NCBI GenBank assembly: GCA_965226055.1
Contig: CBDDCA010000005.1
Location: forward strand, 64,001-128,000
Length of the DNA: 64,000 nt
Reading direction: 5' to 3'
Source: Spirochaetia bacterium
GTDB taxonomy: Bacteria > Spirochaetota > Spirochaetia > WTKD01 > G963693115
The position numbers were made by a program, and so were the translations under genes. This document shows positions 1 to 9,476 of this stretch, piece by piece. Under the pieces are notes generated by a model. That model was given only the letters and a program-made list of their open reading frames with translations. It was not told where the DNA came from and searched no databases. Within the stretch, counting starts at the first letter, position 1, and every line of letters begins with the position of its first letter.

Positions 1-1
1 A

Positions 2-832
2 TGCTCTAAACTCGCCTGACCATCCTAATTTTTTTCTTAATACCTCAAAATACGAGCGTTTACTTGATTGTATAATGCTTGCAACATACTCTGAGTTTGT
101 AATAGTAATATTACAATTGGGCAATACACTTAATACTACTTTACCATCTACAACCAATAAAGAATGAGTACGTTGCACTTGATCAAGTTTGATTCGTATT
201 GTTTCACTAGAAGATAACACTAAAGGTCTATTTGATAAAGTAAAAGGAGCTATAGGAATAAATATCATAGCCTGCAGTCCCGGAACAAGAATAGGTCCCC
301 CAATCGATAAAGAATGCGCAGTAGATCCTATCGGGGTAGATATAAGCAATCCATCTGATCGATATTGTGAGAGAAACTCATCGTTGATATATACCGAAGA
401 TCGTATAGTACCATACCCTGCAGTACACACGGAAATATCATTTGTAGCATATAGCGTATTATCTGCAACACACACTTTAAGTAAATGCAGCTTTGATATT
501 GTAGATGCATTCTCTAAATATATACGTAATTCATTTTTCCATTCATTTGCTTGAACATCATTGATGAATCCAAAATTTCCTACTTTTACTGGAAGTATCG
601 GTATATTGCGTTGTGCACAAATACGTGCTGCTTTTAGTACTGTGCCATCTCCTCCAATGGCAAATGCTATATCAATATCTTTATCAGGAAGAGGGGTATC
701 AAAAGGATAATCATAAGAACCAAAATAGTCTATGACTGTATATCGACATTGAATAAGAGTATTTTCTATTTCTTTTGCTACTTCTACCACTTTTGGCTGA
801 GTACTTGCTCTAATAAGAACAACAGTTTTCAT
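2..832 (-). CDS. nadK: NAD(+) kinase (3' end runs off the window)
   Basis: Not in the ORF track; translated by hand from ATG 832. Contains the NAD kinase motifs GGDGT, GNFGF, ND, DGLLISTPIGSTAHSLSIGGP and ...LRKKLGW. The 3' end reaches the window edge without a stop. Confidence 0.9.
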   Translation of the reverse strand, partial: MKTVVLIRASTQPKVVEVAKEIENTLIQCRYTVIDYFGSYDYPFDTPLPDKDIDIAFAIGGDGTVLKAARICAQRNIPILPVKVGNFGFINDVQANEWKNELRIYLENASTISKLHLLKVCVADNTLYATNDISVCTAGYGTIRSSVYINDEFLSQYRSDGLLISTPIGSTAHSLSIGGPILVPGLQAMIFIPIAPFTLSNRPLVLSSSETIRIKLDQVQRTHSLLVVDGKVVLSVLPNCNITITNSEYVASIIQSSKRSYFEVLRKKLGWSGEFRA

Positions 833-953
833 TCTACTACCCTATTAAAATCAATATATATTATCCCTACTACTATACCTCTACTACTATTATACGAAAT
901 ATAATTGAAAATAGTATATAACTATGAAAATAATAGCACACTATTCTATGTAT

Positions 954-2153
954 CTACAATACTGAGGCAATAGCCTTAGAGATATGCCCTACCTCATCAT
1001 TGGTAAGCGAAGCATATAAAGGCACATGTATCATATGATGTAATAACTCAATAGCGTTTGGATAGCGAGTGATATATGCTTCTTTTAGATGTGCCAATTT
1101 TGTTATACCATAATGTAAATAGGAATTTTCAAAAAACAATGCACATTCTATACCTTGTTTTCGAAAAAACTGTATGCTATTTTTAGTTCCTCCTTTAAGA
1201 ATAATAGGAAACGAGGACATAATGACATCTGTATCCACTACTATTTCTGGCAAAGAAAGAGCATTTTTATATGCTGATGCTTTATAATGATCTTTTATGG
1301 CAATACATTTTTGATTAAATCTTTCTAATTGTTTTAATTGAGAGTGAGCAAGAGCAGCATTAAAATCTGAAAGTAAATAATAGGAATCCTCTAGCTCTTT
1401 CAATGCTCCCTTATATTTTTTATGGTGTATGCTTACTACTGCCCCAGTAGCACTTGTAATGACATTATTCTGTTCCATGATAAGTACTGAAAAATCACTA
1501 TTTGACGTATAAAAATTCATAGGGTTTGTAGCTACTTCATCTGTCTTAGGGAGTACAGGAGAAGGTTCTTTTGTTGAAGTATCCGAATCGGTGCTTGCTT
1601 CTTTCTTAGCAGAAGGAATAGTATAGCTTAGTACTATTTTTGACATAGTATTGCATATAGGTGGCAATACTAAAGGAAAATGATTGCTAACACCAAAAGG
1701 ATAAAATAGTACAAGGCATTGAGGTAAATCTTTATATTGCTCTAAAAGAGTATTGACTACCTCTTCCTCAATGTTTGGAGTTATAGCATCTTCTGCAATA
1801 TCATAGAAGAACAAAGCAAAATTCATTCTTTGTAAAGATGCTGCTAGCACATGTGGTATAGTGACTGGCAATAGAAATAAAGCTCTGGGAGACATAGCTG
1901 TATGTTCTACCGTATTACTTTTAGCATGTATGTTCTTGTTTGAAGTGTCATTCTTATCAAGAAGATCTACTATACAAGAAAAAGAGTCAGGAATATTACC
2001 TACACTTATTCCTGAGATACCTCCCAGCATTATCGCAAGCTTAGTGGCAAAGTCTTGACCTAACTGTTTTCCACTAATGTTGTTTTCCACCATATTTTCC
2101 AATACGGTACTGAGATCAATGCGTGAAAGAGAGTTTTTACTTAACGGAATCAT
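954..2153 (-). CDS. DegT/DnrJ/EryC1/StrS aminotransferase-family protein, divergent
   Basis: Family-like segments LSDFNAALAHSQLKQLERF and YPNAIELLHHMIHVPLYASLTNDEV. The catalytic Lys motif is not recognisable. Confidence 0.7.
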   Translation of the reverse strand: MIPLSKNSLSRIDLSTVLENMVENNISGKQLGQDFATKLAIMLGGISGISVGNIPDSFSCIVDLLDKNDTSNKNIHAKSNTVEHTAMSPRALFLLPVTIPHVLAASLQRMNFALFFYDIAEDAITPNIEEEVVNTLLEQYKDLPQCLVLFYPFGVSNHFPLVLPPICNTMSKIVLSYTIPSAKKEASTDSDTSTKEPSPVLPKTDEVATNPMNFYTSNSDFSVLIMEQNNVITSATGAVVSIHHKKYKGALKELEDSYYLLSDFNAALAHSQLKQLERFNQKCIAIKDHYKASAYKNALSLPEIVVDTDVIMSSFPIILKGGTKNSIQFFRKQGIECALFFENSYLHYGITKLAHLKEAYITRYPNAIELLHHMIHVPLYASLTNDEVGHISKAIASVL

Positions 2154-2203
2154 ATACTTATATACAATATTGTAGCATCAAATGAAACAATAGAACATGA
2201 GTA

Positions 2204-2277
2204 TGGGCCAAACTAGACTTGAACTAGTGACCCCTTCCTTATCAGAGAAGTGCTCTAACCAACTGAGCTACTGGCCC
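2204..2277 (-). tRNA. tRNA-Ile(GAU)
   Basis: GGGCCAGTAGCTCAGTTGGTTAGAGCACTTCTCTGATAAGGAAGGGGTCACTAGTTCAAGTCTAGTTTGGCCCA folds as a cloverleaf with anticodon GAT. CCA is not encoded. Confidence 0.95.
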
Positions 2278-2289
2278 CATAATATGTAT

Positions 2290-2319
2290 ATTGTAATAAC
2301 TACTAGGCATATATGTCAA
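2290..2319 (-). promoter_or_regulatory. sigma70-type promoter of tRNA-Ile
   Basis: TTGACA (2319-2314), 18-nt spacer, TACAAT (2295-2290), just upstream of the tRNA. Confidence 0.6.
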
Positions 2320-2429
2320 GTCTTTTATGAGAGAAATTGGAAATTACTGGTATAAACAAGTGTTCTTACGTAAAAGGCAAAAAAATGCCTTTTTTAAACT
2401 TTTTTTGTATTGTTTATAGTACAGTTTTC

Positions 2430-3731
2430 TTAATGATTGTGTCCTGGAATATGTATACGATGTTTTGATTTTTGAATTTTTTGAGCAACATTTACCTCAT
2501 TACTGTGTTCTAGCTGTTCAGCAGAAAGATGTATTTCTTCAGGAGACATTCCTTCTAAATAGAGGTATGTTTCCCATGCTCTATGTTGTTCAATAATTTC
2601 TTGTGCTTTTCTATCACCTTCTTCACTTGTTATAAAACCATCCTGAGTACTGTATACTATGTATTTTTTATACCGCAACACGCGTATTGCAAGTATAATA
2701 CTCATTATCCCTAGTTTCCCTGCGACAAAAGATTGATTATGTATCCTCTTAAAATCTTTGATACGCCTATACATAGTATTCTTATTTATATACAATGTCT
2801 TTAATATATCATAAGATGCTACTATAACAGCATTTTTAATCTTATTGATACTAATAATAACAAACCCCATACGTGGAGAAAATAACGCTGCTATGAGAAG
2901 AAATACTCCTAGTATAGTCACTATAGAGCCTGTACTGCTTATATCATCAATGCCAAAAAATGGTGGAATATAAATAGCAATAACATGCCCTAAATAAGAC
3001 GAGAGTATTGCAGTAATAAGTGATATAAAAAACATACGTTTAATTGTTATTGAAAAGAGCCATCCCACTATTGGTGGAATAATCAAAAAAGCTATAATTA
3101 AAATACTGCCTACACTTTCAAATGCAGCAACACTTGTAACAGTAATTAAAAGAATTTGTATCATACGAACAAAACGGACAGGCATGCCTATAGAAGTTGC
3201 AAAATAAGAATCAAACGTAACAGTTGTTATTATACGAAATAGCAGCAGTAAAAATACTATATTAAATATCATAACTGATGCATTTGTAATAAATGCGTGA
3301 GGAATATCAAGTGATGCTATTTGTACTGTTTCCAATGGAGTAAGTTCAAGCGATCCAAACAGTACACAGGAAGGATCTAAATCTACTGTACTGGCAACAT
3401 TAGATATGAGCAGTAATCCTACTGCAAAAAAACCAGAAAACACTACTCCCATTGAAGTTGAGGGATCAATACGACTTTGCTTGATAATAAAATTGATAAG
3501 CATAGTAGCAAATAACCCTGCTATAATTGCACCAATAAACATAGGTAAAGGCAAGCGAAGACCTGTTATAATATACGCAATTGCAATGCCAGGAAGTACT
3601 GAATGACTTATGGCATCTGATATGAGACTTTCTCTATTAAGTACAAAATGCATTCCTATACAAGTTGATGACACCGCTATGCACAGTGCAATAAGCACCA
3701 TCCAAGTATCTATACTATTCCAAATTACCAT
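2430..3731 (-). CDS. troD: Mn/Zn/Fe ABC permease TroD-like, with C-terminal DtxR-like domain
   Basis: ABC-3 permease motifs DAISHSVLPG, DLDPSCVLFG and AAFESVG. C-terminus has HRAWETYL...IHLSAEQLEH. Confidence 0.88.
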   Translation of the reverse strand: MVIWNSIDTWMVLIALCIAVSSTCIGMHFVLNRESLISDAISHSVLPGIAIAYIITGLRLPLPMFIGAIIAGLFATMLINFIIKQSRIDPSTSMGVVFSGFFAVGLLLISNVASTVDLDPSCVLFGSLELTPLETVQIASLDIPHAFITNASVMIFNIVFLLLLFRIITTVTFDSYFATSIGMPVRFVRMIQILLITVTSVAAFESVGSILIIAFLIIPPIVGWLFSITIKRMFFISLITAILSSYLGHVIAIYIPPFFGIDDISSTGSIVTILGVFLLIAALFSPRMGFVIISINKIKNAVIVASYDILKTLYINKNTMYRRIKDFKRIHNQSFVAGKLGIMSIILAIRVLRYKKYIVYSTQDGFITSEEGDRKAQEIIEQHRAWETYLYLEGMSPEEIHLSAEQLEHSNEVNVAQKIQKSKHRIHIPGHNH

Positions 3732-3757
3732 AGTGTTCTCCTATATGTTTTGTAATC

Positions 3758-5128
3758 TTAATTATCAATTTTATGGGGCGTATACATATATGCATGCTGG
3801 TACTTATGAGTTTTCATCAGAGCTTGCTCTAACTCTTGTACTGTTTCTTCTCCTAATACATGCTCTACAGCATCAGCCGAAAAATCAATATCTTCAATAC
3901 TGGCCTGTGTATTCTTTAGTAAATACATTTCCCATAAACGATGATTACGCACAAACTTTGTAGCCTGTAAAAATCCTTTTTTTGTAAAAAGAATATCATC
4001 GTATACTTGTGTTACCAGTTTATATTTTTTTAATAAAAATATCACAGTAGTAAACGAAAAAGCACTAAGTGCTAACATATGCTTTAGTTCTTGTACTTTC
4101 ATTTTTCCATGTTGAATAACAGTTTCGTATACATTATGAATATCATTATTTTTACTACTTTGTATGTATTTTTCTTCAAAAAATTCATACATTTGTCTTA
4201 ATATATGCTGTGATATTATCTTTATTCTAAATAAAAGCGTATCTATAGCTTTACGAATTATTCCTTTATTACTCCCAAAAAGAACACTTATAATAAAAAA
4301 TACTTCTGCTACTAAAATAATAGTTGCTCCAGCAGGAAGAAATGTATATGTTGCACTTGCAATTCCTCCAATGACAACACTGCTTGTACAAAAAAATATT
4401 GAAATAATCATTATTTTACGAAGAGAGTAAGACCAAAAATGAGCACTCACAGGAGGAATAATTAAAATAGCACTCGCAAGGATTATTCCCATAGCTTGTA
4501 TTCCTACTATTGTCTGTACTAAAGTAATAGCTAACAAAAAAAAGTCCACATGTCTTGTGTTAATACCGATTGCCTGACCATACCGTGGATCAAAACAGCT
4601 TATAAGTAGCTTCCTACGATACACCATAACAAATACAATAATTATAATAGAACATATGAGAAAAAATATTGTGTCAATTTTCTGTAACGAAGTAGGGTTT
4701 CCATAAATATAAGACAGTAAGCCACTGGCACTTCCTGCGTTAATTTTACTTGCAATACTCATAAATACAATGCCTACTCCAAAAAAAACACTAATAATAA
4801 TACCAAAAATAGCATCATTTTTTAAGAATGTAAATTTATGAAAAAATTGAATAAGCAATAAAGCAGCAAATGTACTGAGCAAAGCACCAAACAACAATAA
4901 CCATATATTTTTATACTGATTGTTTCCTAATAAACTTGATATAAGAAAGGCTACTACAATACCAGGAAGGGTCGCGTGGCTAAACGCATCTGCAATCATA
5001 GAACGTTTGCTTAGCATCATATATACTCCTACCATACCGCTCCCAAGACCATAAATAAGCAAGGATACAATAACAATACGAGAATTATACTGTTGTAGCA
5101 ATAATATATTAGCAAAAAAATCTATCAT
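3758..5128 (-). CDS. troC: Mn/Zn/Fe ABC permease TroC-like, fused to a DtxR/MntR-like repressor domain
   Basis: Permease motifs ADAFSHATLPG and FDPRYGQAIG. C-terminus has an HTH-like segment and FTKKG...VRNHRLWEMYL...ADAVEHVL. Confidence 0.88.
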   Translation of the reverse strand: MIDFFANILLLQQYNSRIVIVSLLIYGLGSGMVGVYMMLSKRSMIADAFSHATLPGIVVAFLISSLLGNNQYKNIWLLLFGALLSTFAALLLIQFFHKFTFLKNDAIFGIIISVFFGVGIVFMSIASKINAGSASGLLSYIYGNPTSLQKIDTIFFLICSIIIIVFVMVYRRKLLISCFDPRYGQAIGINTRHVDFFLLAITLVQTIVGIQAMGIILASAILIIPPVSAHFWSYSLRKIMIISIFFCTSSVVIGGIASATYTFLPAGATIILVAEVFFIISVLFGSNKGIIRKAIDTLLFRIKIISQHILRQMYEFFEEKYIQSSKNNDIHNVYETVIQHGKMKVQELKHMLALSAFSFTTVIFLLKKYKLVTQVYDDILFTKKGFLQATKFVRNHRLWEMYLLKNTQASIEDIDFSADAVEHVLGEETVQELEQALMKTHKYQHAYMYTPHKIDN

Positions 5129-5970
5129 CTTTTTCGTATTACCTCACGTGCTGCAGTATCAAGAAGCGTAAGCCTTCCTCGATATGTTTTGATAAGATTT
5201 TTTTCAGTAAACACTTCTTTGACTTTTCCTGCAGCAACTAAATTAAGATTAAGCAAAATAGCATAATCAAAGTATTCACTCACTGTATTGAGATTATGAT
5301 GTACTACTATGATTGTCTTTTTTTGTTTTCGCAACTCTTTTAGAATAGTAAATATAGCTTTTTCAGTAGTTGCATCTACTCCAGCAAATGGTTCATCCAT
5401 ACAGTATACATCAGAGTCTTCTACAAGTGCACGTGCCATAAATACACGTTGCTGCTGTCCTCCTGATAACTGAGAAATTTGACGTTCAGCATACGCTACC
5501 ATTCCTACTTTTTCTAACGCTTGATAAATTTTATCTTTGTACGCTTTTGGTATTGAAGAAAACCATCCGACTTTTTTATATACTCCCATAGTCACTAACT
5601 CTATGACATTTATAGGAAAATCCCAATCTATATATTTTCTTTGTGGAATGTAGCTAATATTTTTTCTGTATTGCTTCAAAGTTGTCCCAAAAAAAGATAC
5701 ATTGCCTGAAATGCTTGGTACAATGTTAAGAATTGCCTGAAGAAAAGTGCTTTTCCCTGCACCATTAGGTCCTACAATAGCCACTAAATTCCCTCTGGGT
5801 ATTGTAACATCTATATCCCATAGCACTGGCCGTTTATTGTACGCTACAGTAAGATGCTGTACTATAATGTTTGCTTCGGGTTGTATTTTTGTATCAGTTC
5901 CTTTAGAAGAAACATCAGTATTTTGTGTAGTATCTTTTGGTGTTTTGTGAGTAATATTTTTTTTCTGCAT
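5125..5970 (-). CDS. troB: metal ABC transporter ATP-binding protein
   Basis: Walker A GPNGAGKST, signature LSGGQQQR, Walker B region MDEPFAGVD, and DWDFP motif. Confidence 0.92.
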   Translation of the reverse strand: MQKKNITHKTPKDTTQNTDVSSKGTDTKIQPEANIIVQHLTVAYNKRPVLWDIDVTIPRGNLVAIVGPNGAGKSTFLQAILNIVPSISGNVSFFGTTLKQYRKNISYIPQRKYIDWDFPINVIELVTMGVYKKVGWFSSIPKAYKDKIYQALEKVGMVAYAERQISQLSGGQQQRVFMARALVEDSDVYCMDEPFAGVDATTEKAIFTILKELRKQKKTIIVVHHNLNTVSEYFDYAILLNLNLVAAGKVKEVFTEKNLIKTYRGRLTLLDTAAREVIRKR

Positions 5971-5972
5971 AG

Positions 5973-7037
5973 TTAATTTTGCTCCATATACTCTAAAAAA
6001 GTAGTGTATAAAACAGTACCTCCTAAAGCTGCTGTTATTGTTCTTGCATTAGAATCCATCATTCCTATGTATGTTCCTTCATATGTATTTATGTTGCCCA
6101 TAGCATCTGCATACAATGAACCGCCATTCTTGACATTCTTTCCATTTGATTCAACTCCTTCAATAAGTACTTGAATATACTTAGAGGAAATACTTGTTTC
6201 TACAAACACTGCAGATACTTCCTTTTCTATGATAAGTGACACAAGAAAATTGATATAAAGCAAACTTGCTTCAGAAGTAGTGCTTATGCCTTGTATACCA
6301 TATACAGTAAACTGATACCCTTCGGAAAAATACTGAAAAGCATCATGAGAAGTAATAAGAATACGCGATTTTTCTGGAATAGTTTGTAACATATTGTAGA
6401 TATATGTATGCAATCGTGTGAGTTTGTACGAATACTCTCTTTGATTGCGTACATAAAAATCTTTATTCTTAGGATCAATAGTAGCAAAGATATCACCTAA
6501 ATGTTCTACTGCTTGATTCCAAATAAATACATTCATCCATATATGAGGATCGGTTTTCTTTTGTTTATCAACAAAAAAATCTACTCTCTCCAATAGTTCT
6601 GCCATTGAAATAATATTTTTTTTACCAGATAGGCGAGCAAGGGCATTATTAAGACTTCCTTCTAAATAAAGTCCGTTATACACTATGATATCAGCTTGAG
6701 ATATACGCACTATATCTGTTCTGCTTGGTATATAGGTATGAGGATCTAGCCCATTTGGAATAATTTGTGTTACTTCTGCTTTATCGCCTACGATATTTTT
6801 TACTACATCAGCTATCATGGCAGTGGTAGCTACAACTGAAAAAGGATACGAGAGAGATAATTGCGATAACTCTGTACTATGGACATCAGCCTTCTGTTTA
6901 TACTGTGGAATACAAGAGATCAATGATATGTATCCTATACAAAGTACTCCTACATATAAGAATACACGAAAAGAGACAGAGAAAATACTCTTATAGTATG
7001 TGTGCAAAGAAAACAAGCGGCCTATATATTTTAACAT
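5973..7037 (-). CDS. troA: metal ABC transporter substrate-binding lipoprotein
   Basis: TroA/PsaA-family motifs DPHTY, DPHIW, TSHDAFQYF and LYADAMG. Lipobox LISC. Confidence 0.9.
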   Translation of the reverse strand: MLKYIGRLFSLHTYYKSIFSVSFRVFLYVGVLCIGYISLISCIPQYKQKADVHSTELSQLSLSYPFSVVATTAMIADVVKNIVGDKAEVTQIIPNGLDPHTYIPSRTDIVRISQADIIVYNGLYLEGSLNNALARLSGKKNIISMAELLERVDFFVDKQKKTDPHIWMNVFIWNQAVEHLGDIFATIDPKNKDFYVRNQREYSYKLTRLHTYIYNMLQTIPEKSRILITSHDAFQYFSEGYQFTVYGIQGISTTSEASLLYINFLVSLIIEKEVSAVFVETSISSKYIQVLIEGVESNGKNVKNGGSLYADAMGNINTYEGTYIGMMDSNARTITAALGGTVLYTTFLEYMEQN

Positions 7038-7124
7038 TTCTAATCAAGTTTATTATATCAATTTAAGACTATTTGTGTATGAGTATTTTTAAAATGAAAG
7101 TATCTATTGATTATGAGAGCGATT

Positions 7125-7541
7125 TTATTCTGCTATATCACTTAACTTTCTTAAGATATTAATGATGTCTCTTTTATGCTTTTCTATATCTTTTTTATTA
7201 TCTCTTTTTACTTTTTTTGTTATAAGATATTCTTCAAATGATGGAGTTTGTAAACGATCATTTATTTGTTCAGGTATATCTCTGTATTCTTTTTCTTTCT
7301 TTTTGGTAACAATATCAATATTTTTCTTCAATGAATCTATTTTCATTGCTAAAAAGTACCCTTCAACTAATTCATTGCTCCTGATATACTCAATAATCGT
7401 ATCTGTAAGATCAACTATTCGTTTCTTAGTTCTATCTTTTTTATCTTTTTTTGCCTGAATAGAGAGATATATAATAAATATACAAGTTGGAATAATTGAT
7501 GTTAGAATTGGATATATATAACCCAAAAATACTATAATCAC
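7125..7541 (-). CDS. hypothetical protein with an N-terminal TM helix
   Basis: 138-aa ORF: hydrophobic N-terminus, then a Lys-rich soluble part. Lies directly downstream of the STAS-like gene. Confidence 0.55.
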   Translation of the reverse strand: MIIVFLGYIYPILTSIIPTCIFIIYLSIQAKKDKKDRTKKRIVDLTDTIIEYIRSNELVEGYFLAMKIDSLKKNIDIVTKKKEKEYRDIPEQINDRLQTPSFEEYLITKKVKRDNKKDIEKHKRDIINILRKLSDIAE

Positions 7542-7560
7542 TACTATTCCCTATCTAGTA

Positions 7561-7905
7561 CTATTCTAACTTATCAGACCTAAGAGCTCTTTCTGCCCTT
7601 TCAATATATGATTGTATTTCTTCCTTTTTGTACTCTATGCTATACACAATTTCTATATTCTTCACTTGATCTAGGTATCCTTTCCGTATGGCTCCTCCAA
7701 AGGTTTCTTCTAAGAATGAAGGAGGATAACCTACAGCCCCATTCAAATCGGCTATGAGCTTTGTATCAGTATCATTTTTATGCTCCTTTAACCAAGGAAT
7801 AAAATGTTCTTCTCGAAATTCTTCTCCTGAAAAATCTCCCCATTTCCTATATCGTGGGCCTGGAGTAGTAGTAAAATCAGCAATTTTTAATACAGAATCT
7901 TTCAT
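7561..7905 (-). CDS. STAS-like domain protein (DUF4325 type)
   Basis: DFTTTPGPRY...FSGEEFRE...DLNGAVGYPPSFLEETFGG is the typical DUF4325 pattern. Start moved to ATG 7905 (MKDSVLKI). Confidence 0.8.
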   Translation of the reverse strand: MKDSVLKIADFTTTPGPRYRKWGDFSGEEFREEHFIPWLKEHKNDTDTKLIADLNGAVGYPPSFLEETFGGAIRKGYLDQVKNIEIVYSIEYKKEEIQSYIERAERALRSDKLE

Positions 7906-8141
7906 ATTTTTATTATACACTATATCATTGATATATTGTAGTATTGAAAACTCCATGTAAATATATTACCTCACTTAATGTTATTTATTCAATATTATGA
8001 AAATCAATCTTTATATAAGTCTATAACTGTAGGAGCTTGTACTAGCATAATATTTTTTCCAGCACTCTCTTCTTCTTATAGATCATGTAAGTTAGTATAG
8101 AGCATTTATAAAATTCTTTTAACAAAGCATATACAGAAGTA

Positions 8142-8939
8142 CTAATCGATTCTTGCAAGGCTTAGCCCAATAATTGTAGGGTTGTTTTTCATCGTATAAG
8201 AATGAGAAGATTGCGTCTGTTCTCGTTGTTCCATACATGCTTTATATAACACTCTAAAAGCTGTTTGCATTGTTGTGCCAGTGGTAACAATATCATCTAA
8301 TAATATAATAGTATTGTGCATAGCTACTGTGCTGCACTTTTGAGTATTTTTTATCTGTAAGGCTTGTTTCATATTTTCATTACGCTCTTTTGCATTAAGA
8401 TTTTTTTGCTCTTTTGCTTTTCTCTTTCGATGAAATAGAGAAATATACTTGCTCTTTGTTGCTCTCGCTAGCATTTTGGCTAGCACTTTACTTTGATCAA
8501 AGCCTCTTTTTAATACCTTTTTAGGGTTAGCAGGAATAGGAACTATAGCAACATCATTCATAGTATGAGAAAGAACATGGGTAACAATATACCTGTACAA
8601 CTCAGAACAGAAAAAATACCGTAAAGCACGAAAAGTATTGTGTTTATACTCATAGATAAGTTTTCTTACCTCTTCAGTATAACTCCATAGGGAATACACA
8701 AAACAATCATGTACGACATCGTTGCTTTTATCTTTTGCATCTATACTTTCTCTACACGCTGTACAAAACTGTATTTCGCTTAACAAACGAATTCCACACT
8801 GACAACAAAAGAGGCCAGAACGTACAACAAAATTGCTCTTGCAATATTCACATACTACTCCTGCAAACGCACTTTTGCATATAAGACAACGTTGGAACGC
8901 AAACAAACGAGATAGTACTGTATTCTTCATCTCCATCAT
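8142..8939 (-). CDS. comF: ComF-family protein (double zinc ribbon plus PRTase domain)
   Basis: Four CxxC motifs, RGFDQS, and LLDDIVTTGTT. Confidence 0.88.
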   Translation of the reverse strand: MMEMKNTVLSRLFAFQRCLICKSAFAGVVCEYCKSNFVVRSGLFCCQCGIRLLSEIQFCTACRESIDAKDKSNDVVHDCFVYSLWSYTEEVRKLIYEYKHNTFRALRYFFCSELYRYIVTHVLSHTMNDVAIVPIPANPKKVLKRGFDQSKVLAKMLARATKSKYISLFHRKRKAKEQKNLNAKERNENMKQALQIKNTQKCSTVAMHNTIILLDDIVTTGTTMQTAFRVLYKACMEQREQTQSSHSYTMKNNPTIIGLSLARID

Positions 8940-9026
8940 ATAGGAAATACAATACGCGATGCAGTACTACTTGAGAAAAATAGTAACAAACAGTATATAG
9001 ATAGTATATGCTTACATATAGGATAA

Positions 9027-9476
9027 TTATTGCTGTGGCGGAACATCTACAATAATATTTACAGGACCAGCTGCCACTGCATCAATATACATAGAAGCTC
9101 CAAATACTCCAGAAAAACAAGGCATATGTGTAGCACAGTCTTCTATAAACATTTCAAATAGCTTTTTAGCATCATCAAACCCAATACCAGAAGAAAAACT
9201 AGGTCGTGTACCATTTTTAACTTCTGCGTAAAGAGTAAAATTAGGAATAATTAAAGCCGAACCATTACAGTCTTGAAGGCTTTCAGTAAATTTTCCATGC
9301 TGCTCATCACTAAAAATTCTCAGTTTCAATAGCTTTCGTGCCAACCACTGCCCTTCTTTTTGTGTATCACCCTGTGCAAAACATACATATACCACGATCC
9401 CTTTTTCTATAGAAGCTCGTACAGTATTGTCTATCATTAAATGAGCGTTTGATACCCTTTGAACTATTGCACGCAT
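9027..9476 (-). CDS. dtd: D-aminoacyl-tRNA deacylase
   Basis: MRAIVQRV, LRIF, NFTL, RPSF, FGASM, GPV. Confidence 0.92.
   Translation of the reverse strand: MRAIVQRVSNAHLMIDNTVRASIEKGIVVYVCFAQGDTQKEGQWLARKLLKLRIFSDEQHGKFTESLQDCNGSALIIPNFTLYAEVKNGTRPSFSSGIGFDDAKKLFEMFIEDCATHMPCFSGVFGASMYIDAVAAGPVNIIVDVPPQQ

Noticed and set aside
189-554. 121-aa + strand ORF
   Set aside because: Antisense to nadK, which the track missed because it runs off the window edge.
7038-7124. DtxR/TroR operator upstream of troA
   Set aside because: I could not find a convincing palindrome by eye.
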